NCBI GenBank assembly: GCA_051362555.1
Contig: CM120645.1
Location: 4,464,001 to 4,528,000, forward strand
Direction of reading: 5' to 3'
DNA length: 64,000 nt
From: Lingula anatina
Taxonomy: Eukaryota; Animalia; Brachiopoda
Shown here piece by piece: positions 50,592-64,000 of the stretch; within the stretch, counting starts at the first letter, position 1, and each line of letters starts with the position of its first letter. The notes beneath the pieces are model-generated. The model was given only the letters and a program-made list of their open reading frames with translations. It was not told where the DNA came from and made no database searches. The position numbers and the translations under genes were made by a program.

Positions 50592-53500
50592 TTCCCGGAA
50601 TCTGAAAGAAGAAGTAAATTAAACAAAATGAATAGCAAGAGCCAAGAATAGCAAAAGAGTCACCCCTTTTTCGAATGCAGCACCCAACAACTGAATAACT
50701 TACGAGATTTGATTGCGCTGGATAAATAGTTGGCAATATAGTGATAACACACTTTGAAATCACAACTACTGCATTTTATCGTAGACCACAACAGCGTATC
50801 CAAGATCACATTACACGGCAATCCTCTACAATCATACCATAGTGATATCAGACTACATGAACTAGCCCACCCTGTTACAAAATTACCATATCGCCTACTT
50901 AAAATTTGAATTTTTGTATGCTATTTTGGAAGCCCCTGATATCACAGAGCACGTTGACAATGGCCTTTTGTTGTTTTGGCTGAATGATAAACCAAACAAT
51001 GCGGCCTCAGACGGTGCACAGGCCTACACGTCGCTATGGTAAAGTATCACTGAGATAGTAAAATTACTTCGTAGGCCTATCTGATTTTCACAAATATGAG
51101 ACGCTCCTTTTTAACTTATCATGTAACATTCCAACACAATGATGCGGCGCACAGAATCTCTGGCTTTTCCACGTTCCATTCTAATCTATCCGTCCATTTA
51201 TCAACATTCCCTTATATGGGTATGGTGTGATTTTTTTGCACTCTTACATAATATCTATTAATATTCATTTTCTATAACTCTCCATTTTGGCTATCAAACA
51301 AAGTGTTGTAATAATAGAAGTTGTGAACTAAGGTGAATTATCACACCATTACCTAATTAGACAAATTTCCACCACCTCATCATTATAGAATAATAACAGA
51401 ATTTTCTAGTTCCTATCTGTTCCTTTATATTAGTTGTACTGACAAAATCTTTTGCCTGCACTCTTTGATTCATTGACTCATTGACATGTTTAACAAATCA
51501 TTTATTCTAAAACAAATTTCACTAAATAAACAAAATAATGTTTGTATCAACAACATATTTCTATTACGATATTGCGGTTGCCGTGTAGGCTTATTGGTAT
51601 ATTTATTTTATTGAACAAAGCAAATTAACTTATATCTAAAAGTGACCGAATGTATTTGCCTTTTTAATAGATATGCAGTGATAATTAAGCCGTATATCAA
51701 AAGACAGCTTAAATAAGCTAAGCCCAAAACTAACAGACTTTGTACGGCTACGTACGACGAAGTCCCCAAACGTGGGCATGTATGTGATATGCAATTCCAA
51801 AACAAGGCTATAAGGATGAAACCATGCATAGCTGTAAAAGTGCTAACTTTATTGCTGTTTAGGCTTCGAACTAAACGTTGACAGAAAATTGGCCGACCCT
51901 CAAGTACTGTATTGACTTATCTGTTTATTCCCGGTGGGGAAAATGCGGCTGGAGAGTTAGTTTCGGTTTCGCCCTATGCATTGCATCATACAATTGTTTA
52001 TTCAGTAGTGTTCGGGACAAACTGTTGTGCTAATACTAATACAAATACTAATGAACATGTTTGTGAGCGTGATTATTAATAGAGCAGAAATGAGTGAGTT
52101 GGACCTTATATGCATGATCCAGTGCCTCGAGTTCGGATTATAAAACAAATCTTTACTTTCGTATTCCTCGGAAAGTCCCATACTATATTTACTTACCCTT
52201 ACAAATGTACCGCGGCCAATTACGTATCCATTGATATACATATGTCTAACAAATGCTGCAGAAATGGATAAATCCCGTGTTTTGCTTACGCATTTGGGAC
52301 TGAAGACCGGTTAAGGTTTATGTCTGCTTCTGAGGAAATTGCACACTGACAGATTCAAGCGTGCATTTGTGTGTATGGGTGGGTGGGTGGGTGGGGGGGG
52401 GGGGGTAGGGGGGTAGGGGTATAAAACAGATAAAGGTAAACTATGTAGAGCACATGGATAGGAAATAGTTTGGTTTTGTCTCGTTTCTCTCATTCATTAT
52501 ATATTCATTTTCAGGGAAATAGGGCCAGAAACTATGGTACGAACAAAAGATGACGAGTCCTCTCCTCAAAACCAATTACACTGAAAGACCCTTTCTCTGC
52601 GTAAATAGTGAACAAATAAATCCTATAACGCCCTCTTTATTACAAATACTGCTTTTTGAATCCATCAACTACCGATGCCTTATATTACCTCAGCTTTTCA
52701 ATTCATAAAAATGATTATATGACACTACATGACATAATACACACATACCTTATAGAAAGTGAAAGTGAACTCCGTTTCACCGTGTACTGCACCTTGCCAA
52801 ACAAACCTGTTGTTACATCAGACACAAACCCTACGTAACTTATTTATAATCACAATTCAGCCTCGGTTTGATTTGATTTGTACGGAGGCCTCGAAGGGCC
52901 ACTCAATAATGTCACATGACTGTTAAGCTGGCTGCAGTGACTTGAAAATAACTACATGGAGCTTGTTTTTAAAAGTGGCTGTTGATCCAAAATTGGTCCA
53001 AAATTAAAAACCCAAAATAAGTCTAGTTCATTTCATTATAAACCCATAGCAGTCAACGTAAATTAAGTATTGGTCTAAAACATTCCCCATGCCTCATTTG
53101 TTATAAAACAGGCAAAGTGTTTCTTTAACTTAGTTTAATACCAATTTGTCTTTTGACAAAGTGGACAAAAAGTATGGTCTTAAAGTTTAGACCAGTTTTT
53201 GGGCTTAAGTTCTTTTGTGAAAAAGGCCCCTGGTGACATCAAATGTATGACCTTGAGAAAAAAGAGTTTAGGTGACACCTATGCAAGTTCCTAATAAGTT
53301 CATGGCACATAAACCCCGACCGTTAAAGCCTTTAAAGTTTTGTAGACTTTCATAGCATTTTATTTCCTTTGCTTTGTAAACTAAATTTCAATCCAAAATT
53401 TGGTGATCCTTAATTGTGCTACATAAATGTACACCCGGTGACATTTATGGGCCTTCGTACCTGTAGCTGTTAACATCAGCTGATCTCGATCCTTCGAAGT

Positions 53501-54025
53501 CTGCGATACTTTAATCTCAAGGCTGAAGAAGTGTTAAAGGGTTGATTTTGACTTTCGTTTTTGCATTACTTAGAACATAATTATCAGAGGTAAGTTCCGT
53601 TCTAGTTGTTGGTATCACTCCAATGGCAGAACGGCAGCGAGGCATTTAAACACTTGCTTAAAGGTACTGATCAAAAGCACAAGAATAAAACATTTTTGAA
53701 TTTTATATTTCTGATGAACATGGGTTTCAAGGCAAAGGGCAAACACTTACTTAAAGCCTGTTTGGGTTTTTTGTGGAATATTTTCATCATTTACTGATCT
53801 GGCTGCAATATTTTCTCAAAGATATAAAGCGGAACATATCCGAGGCGCAGAAAGTCAACTATCTTCATTGAACAAAAAGGATACGATTGGTTAAAAAACG
53901 TCATTTCTACACAAATATCCCAGTCACACTAAACACCTGTAGACTTGAAAATTCAAGCGGCAGTGTTACTGGACAATTTTGACTCAGTTTATAGAAATTC
54001 GGAGAAAAACATTACAGCAACCTTA

Positions 54026-54251
54026 GGGTGCTTTCCCAGAGATTTAGATCGATCTAGAGATTAAGATTTAGATCGACCTAACTCCCCGGGGATTCACGCT
54101 AAATTGCAGTCAGCCGAGCGGGCACCATAGTTAATTACCCCCTTACAGCTTTTAGTAGGCGGGACAGACGCTTAAGCCGGCCAAGCTGACAGTAATCTAG
54201 TGAGACTCCCCACAGGGATAGATCGATCTAAAAATCTACGGAAATGGGGTG
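54026..54251. mobile_element. Harbinger-type MITE, inverted copy of 15398-15611
   Basis: Contains TTAATTACCCCCTTACAGCTTTTAGTAGGCGGGACAGACG and GCTGACAGTAATCTAGTGAGACTCCCCACAGGGA, the reverse complement of the 15.4-kb copy; flanks are TTA/TCA. Confidence 0.75.
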
Positions 54252-55855
54252 TCAGAGCTGATTCCGAACATGCCTCAATTCTATCAATTTCATTTATGTG
54301 CTCAATCCCTCACATATTGAAAATTCAATAGACCATTTGTTTTTTGAATATCTCATATCGAATACGGATATTTAACCGGACAGAGATAGAGGAAAAAGGC
54401 GTGTACAGAAAGGAACAATTAATACACTGTCGGAGTTACTTATAAACGGCATCTTGTTGCGTTGTGGAAATGTGTATGTGACGCCTACTACATAACTCAC
54501 GACTCAGAATCTGAAAATCTGACTAAAACCTGTTTTTAATGAAGGCACGCTCTCCGTGCAATCGAAGAACCTATAAATTGTTCTAGTCCTACACTATAGT
54601 AATTGAATATAAGTTGAAGAGTTCCCTGGCTCTAACAAAGTTTACAATTTGTGTGCGTGCCTTTTCCCCAGTTTTTTTTTTTTTTTTTTTTCGAATTGCT
54701 GAATTGGGGAACTGCCAATAGTTGTTCTAACGACAAACCCTAATTCTACTAGATCTCCGGCTCAAACCATTGATGATAATATTTTATTATTATTATTATT
54801 ATTTTTTTTTTTTTGTTAAAGAGATTTCCTTGCTAGATCTATACTTATGATTCTACATACATTCTCCAGTGGTTTGCAACATTGTCAACAACTGCTTTTA
54901 GTGTGTTGTTTCATTTCGTTCCATTTTAATGATTTGACATTTTGTTCACATTCTGCTTGTAGATGTACATAGCTACTTAATGTTATCCCGCTGATTTTTC
55001 AGTCTGCGTATATATATATCCCTAAGTTATATATATATATATATCCCTAAGTTAATGCTTCAATAGTTCTATAGGACACATTGGGAAACTGATAAAAATG
55101 TATAGGAAATGTTTTATCGAGTTACCAATATCCTATAAAATAATGGGACTTTTTCCCTATAATACCCTAGTCCGATTTTATATGAGACATTAGCTTAAAG
55201 AAAGACAGTGGCTCTTGATTAGTTTGGTTCATTCAAAGTATAAGTTAGTTAACATTTAAATATTAAGGAAAAGGGATAAATAACGCGTCACATATAAGTT
55301 TTAATGATATATTTTGCGCCCATGGTTTGCCAAGATGTCGCGTAAATTGACCACGTACTAGCTACCTGCTGGAATGCAGTTACATTATCGTCGTGTGAAG
55401 ATATGTGAAATAGACACCTTTTTGTGTAAATACTTCTCGGAAGGCCTATTTATGGGAAACAGGGTTAACCTATCTCATTATTCAAGCAAAGAAAGTGTGA
55501 ATGTTTATTAAAAGTTAAACGAATTTGCAATTGTGTTTTAATACTGCATTGCTCAACAGTGCGTTGCTTTTTGTATGTGTTCGGTTCCGCTTTTATCTCG
55601 TTGCCTTGGGGATTGTGTTTAGCACACAACTGTTACTATGTGTTTTACATCCCTGATTACACCTGTTCTGAACTCACAATCAAGGCGCATAAATTACTCG
55701 ATGGTACATGAATGCAGTCATCATCAGGAAAAAGTGTAATGATGCATTGTGGAATTTTATAACCGCCATTTTCACAGCATATTTTGTCGATTTTTCGCAC
55801 ATCATAAAAATATACTTGTATTTTGAGCCCATATGATATATTTAACCCTAAACAG

Positions 55856-55856
<1 letters not shown>

Positions 55857-55911
<55 letters not shown>
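55857..55911 (+). repeat. (AAT)n microsatellite
   Basis: Directly visible. Confidence 0.9.
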
Positions 55912-55912
<1 letters not shown>

Positions 55913-56594
55913 TTCCTAATAATAAAAGAAATATTGATTTCCCTTCTGCATGCGAATCAATGGCAAAATTCGTGATAAGAGAAGGAGGCATAAATAAGGT
56001 GGAGTTGTGTTGAGTTTTAAAATCAAAAAGGGTAGAATATGTTTAAGACTTCATGTTAAAATGCTGAAGAATAAAACATGCACAAAGTTGTTTATTATCC
56101 GGAAATAATTTAAGTCTAATTTTGCTTGGTAAAAATATCAAAAGGGCATGAGCTGGGTGGAAACCGTCGCTTTTGACAGACACCGTTTTATATGCTACAG
56201 TCATGAGATATTTACACCCACCCGAAGTAAGGTATGTCCCAGTTAAGTCATCCGCCGTCTTGACTACTATCTTTTCCCATTAGTTTTTATCTTCTACAGT
56301 TGCATCCTCATGCTATATGATTAACGCAAGGATTAACGCTTTTTATAACACAATTGTAAAAGTTCGTTAAATGCACACACACACACGATTAAAACTTTCA
56401 ATTTTCTTTAAACGAACACTCTCTGTCATGCCTTTTTCAATACTTTTTAGTGTTATCAGTCCGGTTAAGTCCACTTATCAACTGAACAACCAATAGCTAA
56501 AAACTTCAAACGTGTTTATCTGATCACAACCGCTAAGTTGGCATATTGAAATTTTTTCAGGTTTATTTAGGCGAAAGGTGGCTACATTTTTCAG

Positions 56595-57505
56595 ATGACA
56601 GGCGTTGAAATAGAGCTAGAACCTCTGAGCGACCAACTCCGAGAAACTGGAAATGAAACTGTTCCTTCATTGGGTTCGGTTGCCGCAGCGGAAGATGTCG
56701 CCAACACCGAACCGGTTCCTCGACCCGATGGGGGCTGGGGTTGGCTCGTCGTGCTTGGTTCTTTCATGAATCACGTTGTAATAGACGGTACGGCTTTCTC
56801 AATTGGCGTCATCTATGTGGAGCTTATTGATTACTTTGGTGCCTCCACGGCCGATACGGCATGGATTGGGGCCATTCAGTATGCCGTATTAAGCTTGGCA
56901 GGTTAGTGCACAAGTTAAGGGAGAATAAACAGCGCAAATGCGATTTCGAATTTTAGAGACACGTATACACTAGAGATAAATTAAAATCGATTACCACCAT
57001 ATAAATACTATAAAACACCCTGCTTTAACATACAAAAAAATGAAGCAACAGAACTAGGTCACCTGGTACCCTGACTCAAGAGGAAAAGATGGGCTGTAGG
57101 TCATCAAATTAACGACAAAGTGCAGTAACGAAAGGTCTGCTGAACGTGTTGGGCTATTTAACAGACTTCCGTCGTTATGCTTCGGTGAGAACCGTAGGAT
57201 GCATTAAAACGAGCAGCAAATGGTCTGGGATACATATGTTTAACCTTTCGTAGAAAAACGTCTGTTAAGATACTTCATGGTATGTTACCACTTCATAGGA
57301 TAAGAATTACTACTTCATGATAGAAGGCGACTTCATTGGTTAAAAAATAAGGACCCTTAGGAGACTTCGTAGTATATTACCACTTCATGGTACATTGTTT
57401 CCAAACATGTTTCAGTTCTGGTTGGATGTGGAAATTAGGCGTAAAGGTCAATATGAAGTTTTATTCTAGACCATGATTTCCAGAGTGACGCGTGTATTTG
57501 AAACG

Positions 57506-57555
<50 letters not shown>

Positions 57556-59494
57556 GAGTAACATTACTCAAGATAGTGCGTATTTTATCTCGTTGGAGAA
57601 GCTGTTATTTTCAGATGTTCTCGTAGATACCCGTGAGATTAACTTCTATAAATAATGTACTTAATTTCAAGAGCTCCGGTCCAGTGACGGAAAGCATAAA
57701 GCTAGTTTTTTGTTTTACCCATTTAGTTTTGAGATATTTCAGATTTCAGGACGAGTGAAAACTGACAATATTTGGACGTTGAATCATGGCAGGTCTAAGG
57801 CACTAGATGTATGAGACAAACGAAGTGTATAAGTAAACACATTGCCTGCCTTTTAACTAGGGCATAAAACTGACCATGTGTGGTTTGATTGACGTACGGC
57901 GCAGGTTTATAGATATGGCTAGTACACAGCAGCAAGAATGTACGTCTTTCCACCGTAGGTAGAGAACTCTACTAGGCAGAGAGGTTTTAATTTTGCTCCA
58001 CACTAGGTGTACATTAATATCTTTAACAAACCGTCTATTCCATTATTCGTGTTATAGAAGTGTCTCTTTTGTAACTATGACATAAATGTACGCTTACATT
58101 GGTCAAGCTTTCCCTGTGTTGGACAATTCATTATATACATACATAATCTATTTCACATTGTTACTTCCTAAACCATCATAGTTAGGAACTTGATACGTCG
58201 GGGATTAATAAACCTATCATTAAAGGAATTTGCAAAGGCTCTTCGGAATTCAATTGTGACTTGGGGTGTGGTCGACCCTGGGGGTGGTCTATTCTAATTT
58301 TTACATCGTATTTTATGCTAGGAACATGAAACATGGCTACATACTATTTTGAATGTGGAATGTCACTTCGGATTTTTTTTTTGAGGGGGGGGGGGGGGGC
58401 TGGGGGCGGTTGAGTCTAATTGACATTGTTATTCCTGCTATATTTATCCTTAAGACCAATAAAGCTGGGAACGTAAGGCTATGGGGATTGAAAAATCTGC
58501 CTTAGGGGGTGTGTATGGGTCCCTCTGGGTTTTTGTGACATTGGGTGTGGCCGTCCCTGGGGAGGTTGATTTTAAATTTTACATCGTTATTCGTGCTTCT
58601 ACCCTTACGCCATTACAGTTGGGAACATGAAACCTTCCGGGCTGATAACCTTACCATTGAGGATATGCATATAGGTTTCCGGGAATGTTAGTATGATATT
58701 TCAGGTGTGGCTATCCCGGGGGGTGGTTAATTCTATTTTTCACAACTTTATTTCTGCCATCTATACCCTTAAATTTTAAGGAACATGAAACGGAGATTGA
58801 TGAACCAGTCATTTTAATGAATGTGCATGGGTCCTTGAGAAATGTAGAGAACAGCAGAAGCACATACAGAACTAAATGGACTTCCAGCCATATGCATTAA
58901 TATAGGTCAGGGAATCCAATTAAAAACTAATTCAAGGCCCCACACACTCGATCAGGAATCCTAGCGTTTAACTGCTGTTGTGTCTTAACACAAAACAAAA
59001 ATGTTTATTTCCCAAGAGCAGTAATTAACATGTGTGTTTTATGTTAAAGAACAATGGGACTTGGACCCTACTAGGCTAGGATTCCTGAGAGTATGGGGTC
59101 TTGAATGGGTTTTAATTAACTTGACCTATATTCAAGAATACGACTGAAGGTCTGTCATTTAGTACTGTCTGCTGCTTTCTCTACATTTCCCCTTCCTTCC
59201 TTACTCGAAGACCGCCATCAGATTCACACATACGATGTAGTACTAGCTGGGTCGGTCCATCTCTGCAAGGAATCTTAAGTGCAATCTATGGAATCAGCTT
59301 CATTGCCTGACAAACCACTAATCACTCCACACCCTAGGGACGGCCACACCCCAAGTCACACTAATGTAGCCCACCCATGCACCAAAGACTCATGTTCTTA
59401 ATTCGAATGGTCTAGGGGGAGATGAAATAAATTACGGTAATATATATGTGTACCATCCCCAGGGACAGCCACACCCCAGGTCACAAAAAAAAAA

Positions 59495-59535
<41 letters not shown>

Positions 59536-62500
59536 ACCTGCCTATGCACACCCCGACATTTTAGTTTCCTCAACCTAAAGACCTATGGGTATATAGCAGA
59601 AAATACAATTGAAAGATAATAATCAACCACCCCTAGGTCACCAAAGTCACCAAAAATCCGAAGGACACGTGCACATCCCTAATGGCAAGTTTAAATATCC
59701 CCAACGTCTCATGTTCCTCACTTTAATGGATAGAGGATACCAGTAACAACGATATAAAAAATATATACCCCCCCCCCCCCAAAGGACTGCAAAGTCCCCC
59801 TACTAAAGGTCTACGGGTAGATAGAAGAAATTACGATGTAAAAATTACAATCAACCACAATAACAATTAACCACAATTCTGAATAAATATCAATCTACAA
59901 GCCTGTTGATCTCGCAGACCAACTACGTTAGTTAGGCTGCTAAACAACGAGTAGACCTACCCCCCCCCCCCCCCTCCGAACGCCTTATTAACAGTTTCAA
60001 AATGCAGACTGTGTCGCAGATAATACTTTCGGGTCAAATGAGAGCCAGCCAAGGGCACATTTCGGGGGACACCATTGATCACATCATGATGGACATTCAC
60101 AGGTGTAAGACCAGAACAGAGCATCTCGGAAACCAAGGGACAGACGTAAATCATTACACTTGCGCGTGTCTTTCCTCATGGAAAAATTAGTCTTATAATC
60201 CAGTAACCTACGCGTAAATTATGTTTTCATAGCCTGGTTTACCTGATCTATTAGTTTTATGCATCAAGCGGATCTGGGAAGGGAGGGCCCAGGGGGTCTG
60301 GACCCCCTTTTCTTCAACGCTGACCATAATGTCCCATAATGTACTGATTTTTAGAAATACTGAATCCTCACCTACATACGCCTGTGTATTATAAAATTAC
60401 TCAAAACATGCATTCAATACCACTAAAGAAACCCTATTCAGTCATACAAGTGAATTAAAACGTACAGTTTACCTATTTTGGATAATATTTACAGTACAAA
60501 AACAATATATTTCAAAAACGTTCTCTCTCATAGCGTTGGGCCAACAACAGGTACTATTTCACCATTATCCCATGAAGTCGCAGGCAATATCTTATGTGGA
60601 GATGAAGTCGCAAAATATCCTATGAAGTCGATTTGACAGTAAAATCAGAGCATTTATCCTATGAAGTGGTAATATACCACGAAGTATCTTAACAAACGTC
60701 GACAATTAAATTGAAAATGAAAAACTTCACCAGTGTTTAGGCCTACTTTGCTTGATGTACAGATGTTTCTGTATCTACCTGTAAGCTTAGCTAAGCGGTC
60801 CATGATAACTGCAACGCTGATGGTCCCTGATAAAATCAATGATGTGACAAATATTTCACCTGAACAGGCCTTGTATTGCTGTATTCCACCATGTAATTAA
60901 GGCTTAAAAGACTTCACGTCTTTTACCTTTTAAATATTATTTACTTGTGTATCAAAATAAGTTTTTTCGATTACCTAGAAAATGTAAGCGAATATTAACA
61001 TCTTCGACCTCTGATGAATATTTCAATGTTTGGGAAGCAAGCAATTTAAACATCTGCCTTGTGTGGTTTATCAATGTTATGCAATTGCCAACTAAACGAA
61101 CTATTTAGTGGTCGCTTTTATTTTCTCTGTCACTAAGTGAATAAAGTATTTGATTGTAGCCAACTATTAATACATTTCAGAAAAAACTAAATCAAAGAGA
61201 TTCTTTTTAAGCACAAATTCAGCAAAAAACGCAAACAGTTCCACGTAAGGTCCATTGAATTTTTTACCCTCGAGACAGAGGTAAATTTATAGCAATTTCA
61301 AATACATTGATTTATTTCAGGTCCCGTGGCCGAGGCACTGTGCAAGACCTTTACACCCCGTACTATAGGAATGATAGGCACCGTCATCGCCTCTTTTGGG
61401 TTCATGCTCAGTATGTTTGCCACACAGATTTGGCAGCTGTATATAACCTTTGGCTTTCTGACGGGTAAGTTACAGTGCGTGTGCTCTAATCTAATGTTCC
61501 AAATCCAGACATATATATTACTGGTTTAGAAAAGGAACATTGTGACCTCCCATCTTGGCAGGTGGTTTTCCTGTGTGTCAACGTAATTTTAAGCGTCTCA
61601 GATACCCTGCAGGATCCTAAATTTAAGGAGGGGGGCACAAGATTTGTCCGCTCCCTCACCAACAAATATTTTGAATAATTCAACAGCTGCACCTCTCTCC
61701 CCCCCCCCTCCCCACCCACAAGCATTTTCTCTGCTAATGGCCCATGTGTGTGTGTGTGTGAGTGTGCGCGCGCGCGCGTGCGCGCACAACAAGGTCAAGT
61801 TCCCCTTCCTCTATAATAATTATTATTATTTTATAATTTTTTGCCATCCTATGTACGATTTTAAAACACCCTCAGCAGCTGCACAATTGGCATTTCAGGG
61901 TTTGGGTTCGGCTTGAAATTTCTACCAAGCATTGTTTGCGTCCACGAGTACTTTGAAAAAAGACAATCTCTTGCGATGGGGATTGCCGTCTGTGGAACCG
62001 GGGTGGGCACTTTCGCTTTCGCACCCCTCTCCGAATACCTTATCGAGATATACGGCTGGCAAGGTGCCCTACTCATTGAATCCGCCATCATACTGCACGG
62101 CGTCGCTTTTAGCGCCCTCTTCGTACCTCTGGAGAAAAAATCACGGGAGAAACAAGAGGACGAGACAACTCTCATATCCAAATTAAAGGCAGCTTGGAAA
62201 ACAACAAAAGAAGTGATAGCTGAAATGATGGATTTTAGACTTTTCAAGGACCCAAAATTTGACGTCTACTGTGTCTGTATGTTCTTATTCGCTGTTGGCT
62301 ACGTTGTTCCGATGACGTATCTTCCAGAACGCGCTGTGAAACAAGGCTACTCTCCGCGAGAGGGCGCTTGGCTCGTTTCTGTTCTGGGAATTTTAAACAT
62401 GCTGGGGCGCATCTTCGTAGCCGGAGTTGGAGACCGAAAATGCGTGAATCGTTTCTGGATGTTCACTATATGTATCCTCATCAGTGGGGTTATAACCGGT

Positions 62501-63740
62501 GGAAGCTTTTTGGCAAATGACATCTACTGGCTGCAGATGACGTATTCTGGGTGTTACGGTTTCATGATAGGTAAAATGTACAGAAATACTAAAGCTCTCA
62601 AGGTTAATAGTACGGTAATTTTAAATTATGTTCAATTATCACATTTAATAATTTGTTCCGTTTTCTGACAATAGTAGATGTGATCACTTATTATTCTACA
62701 TTTTAGGTCAAATAAAGTTTTATTCTGAGACATCTACCAATTTTGCAGAATACTTTTAAACTAATGTTTTTTATTTTTACCTATTTATTTATTTATTTAT
62801 TTATTTATTTTGCCAGTTCCAATTTTAAACTGAATCTGTTCATTACAACAACATTTTGTATATCGATGCATATAGCTTCAAAGTAAAATTTAACATCGAA
62901 GCATATTTTTTTTGGTCTATACCTTAACAAGTTTTTAATTTTCTTATCGATTCAGCTAAATAAATTAAATATATATGTAAAAATAATTCAGCTGTAATCA
63001 CTTTCAGGTATCTTCATTTCTTTGGAGTCCGTCGTGTTAAGAGATTTAATCAGCCTTGAGAACCTGACCAAGGGCTATGGTTTGGCCATATTTGTTGGTT
63101 ATGGGATAGGGTCATTGGTCGCTACGTCATTCACTGGTAGGTTATTTATTTTTAGGCACTTCAAGTACGTTTACAGGTCTTTTGCTTGTATTAACTTAGC
63201 ATTCACTTCAGCATTGTGCCAAGGAGGTGTATCCTTGCAAATGTATGGCAAATTGGTTCTGTTGTTTTACCATAAATAAATCTTACACAATTTTAATTTT
63301 ATGTGTATTTTGAAATAATTTCAGCATTATGTGTCAAGCTTTAATCTTCAGATATGTGCTATGACATATATAAAGTATGCCAATAGGTTTTGAGTCAAGG
63401 TTTTTTTAATGTGGTAGAACCAAGAAATCTCACGACAATTAACGTCGACTAGAGACTGCCACAAATTATACAATGTCATCGCTGGAGAGCTTCCCAATTT
63501 GCAAGCAGCCGATGTTGAAGATAAAATCAAAAATATTATTTGAGGGTTAGATTTCTTTTAAAAAAACTCTTATTTCCCTGTTCATTTTATTCCTTTACAG
63601 GCTGGATCTTTGACGTGACCCAAAATTACGACAACTCGTTCTTGGTTTCTGGAGGAATTCTCGTGGCAAGTGCTCTCTCCATGGTACTTATACCTTGTTT
63701 GAAGCGATATGACGCCAAGAGCGAAACCCCAGCCAATTGA
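56595..63740 (+). CDS. Monocarboxylate transporter family (SLC16/MCT, MFS), 5 coding exons, 463 aa
   Basis: Exons 56595-56901, 61321-61464, 61899-62570, 63008-63136, 63601-63740 (1,392 nt, all phase-1 GT-AG junctions). Signatures PDGGWGW, YFEKRQSLAMGIAVCGTGVG, YGWQG and GWIFDVTQNY. Confidence 0.93.
58838..59190. mobile_element. Fold-back MITE in SLC16 intron 1
   Basis: GAAATGTAGAGAA..AATATAGGTCA..TTCAAG.CCCCA..CAGGAATCCTAGC is mirrored by GCTAGGATTCCTGA..TGGGGTCTTGAA..TGACCTATATT..TTCTCTACATTTC. Confidence 0.7.
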
Positions 63741-64000
63741 CATCTGACATATTAATGCTGTAAAATGCTCCCACAATTCAAATAGAAAAGAAAATAGAAA
63801 TTAATGCCGACCAGAGACCTTTTTTACTTACTTGGTCACGCAATTTATTATGATACCTAATGAACTAAATTGCGCAGTTTGCTCATAAATGTACGGAATT
63901 CTTTCTGTATATTGCAGGTGGTTTTTTGGTTGTGTTCTTAGCTTTTGATAACAGAAGGTCAAAGGCCAAAATCAGGTTTCATCAGGATTACCAGTATATA

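Overview
AT-rich animal genomic DNA (spliceosomal introns, microsatellites and MITE/Helentron-type repeats suggest an invertebrate; the species cannot be determined from sequence). The main feature is a complete, apparently very young 9,353-bp Polinton/Maverick (adintovirus-like) endogenous element at 980-10332. It has 320-bp terminal inverted repeats that look identical by eye, AGTAGT...ACTACT termini and a 6-bp target-site duplication (CTAGAG). Its ten uninterrupted ORFs encode an rve integrase with chromodomain, minor and major capsid proteins, an adenain-type protease, a packaging ATPase, three conserved structural/core ORFs, a PC4-like ORF and a BIR-domain (IAP) gene. It has no protein-primed DNA polymerase B and no room for one, so it looks like a polymerase-less, helper-dependent capsid-encoding element. 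The rest of the window holds host genes: a 12-exon transketolase (minus) with a minisatellite built from one of its own splice donors; a ~4.2-kb tandem triplication of an intronless FMRFamide-receptor-like GPCR (intact, 2-aa-deleted and frameshifted copies); a 13-exon histidyl-tRNA synthetase (minus) with a U12-type intron; and a 5-exon SLC16/MCT transporter (plus). There are also a decayed Tc1 transposase, a LINE 3' fragment and several MITEs. All calls come from reading motifs; no database searches were run.
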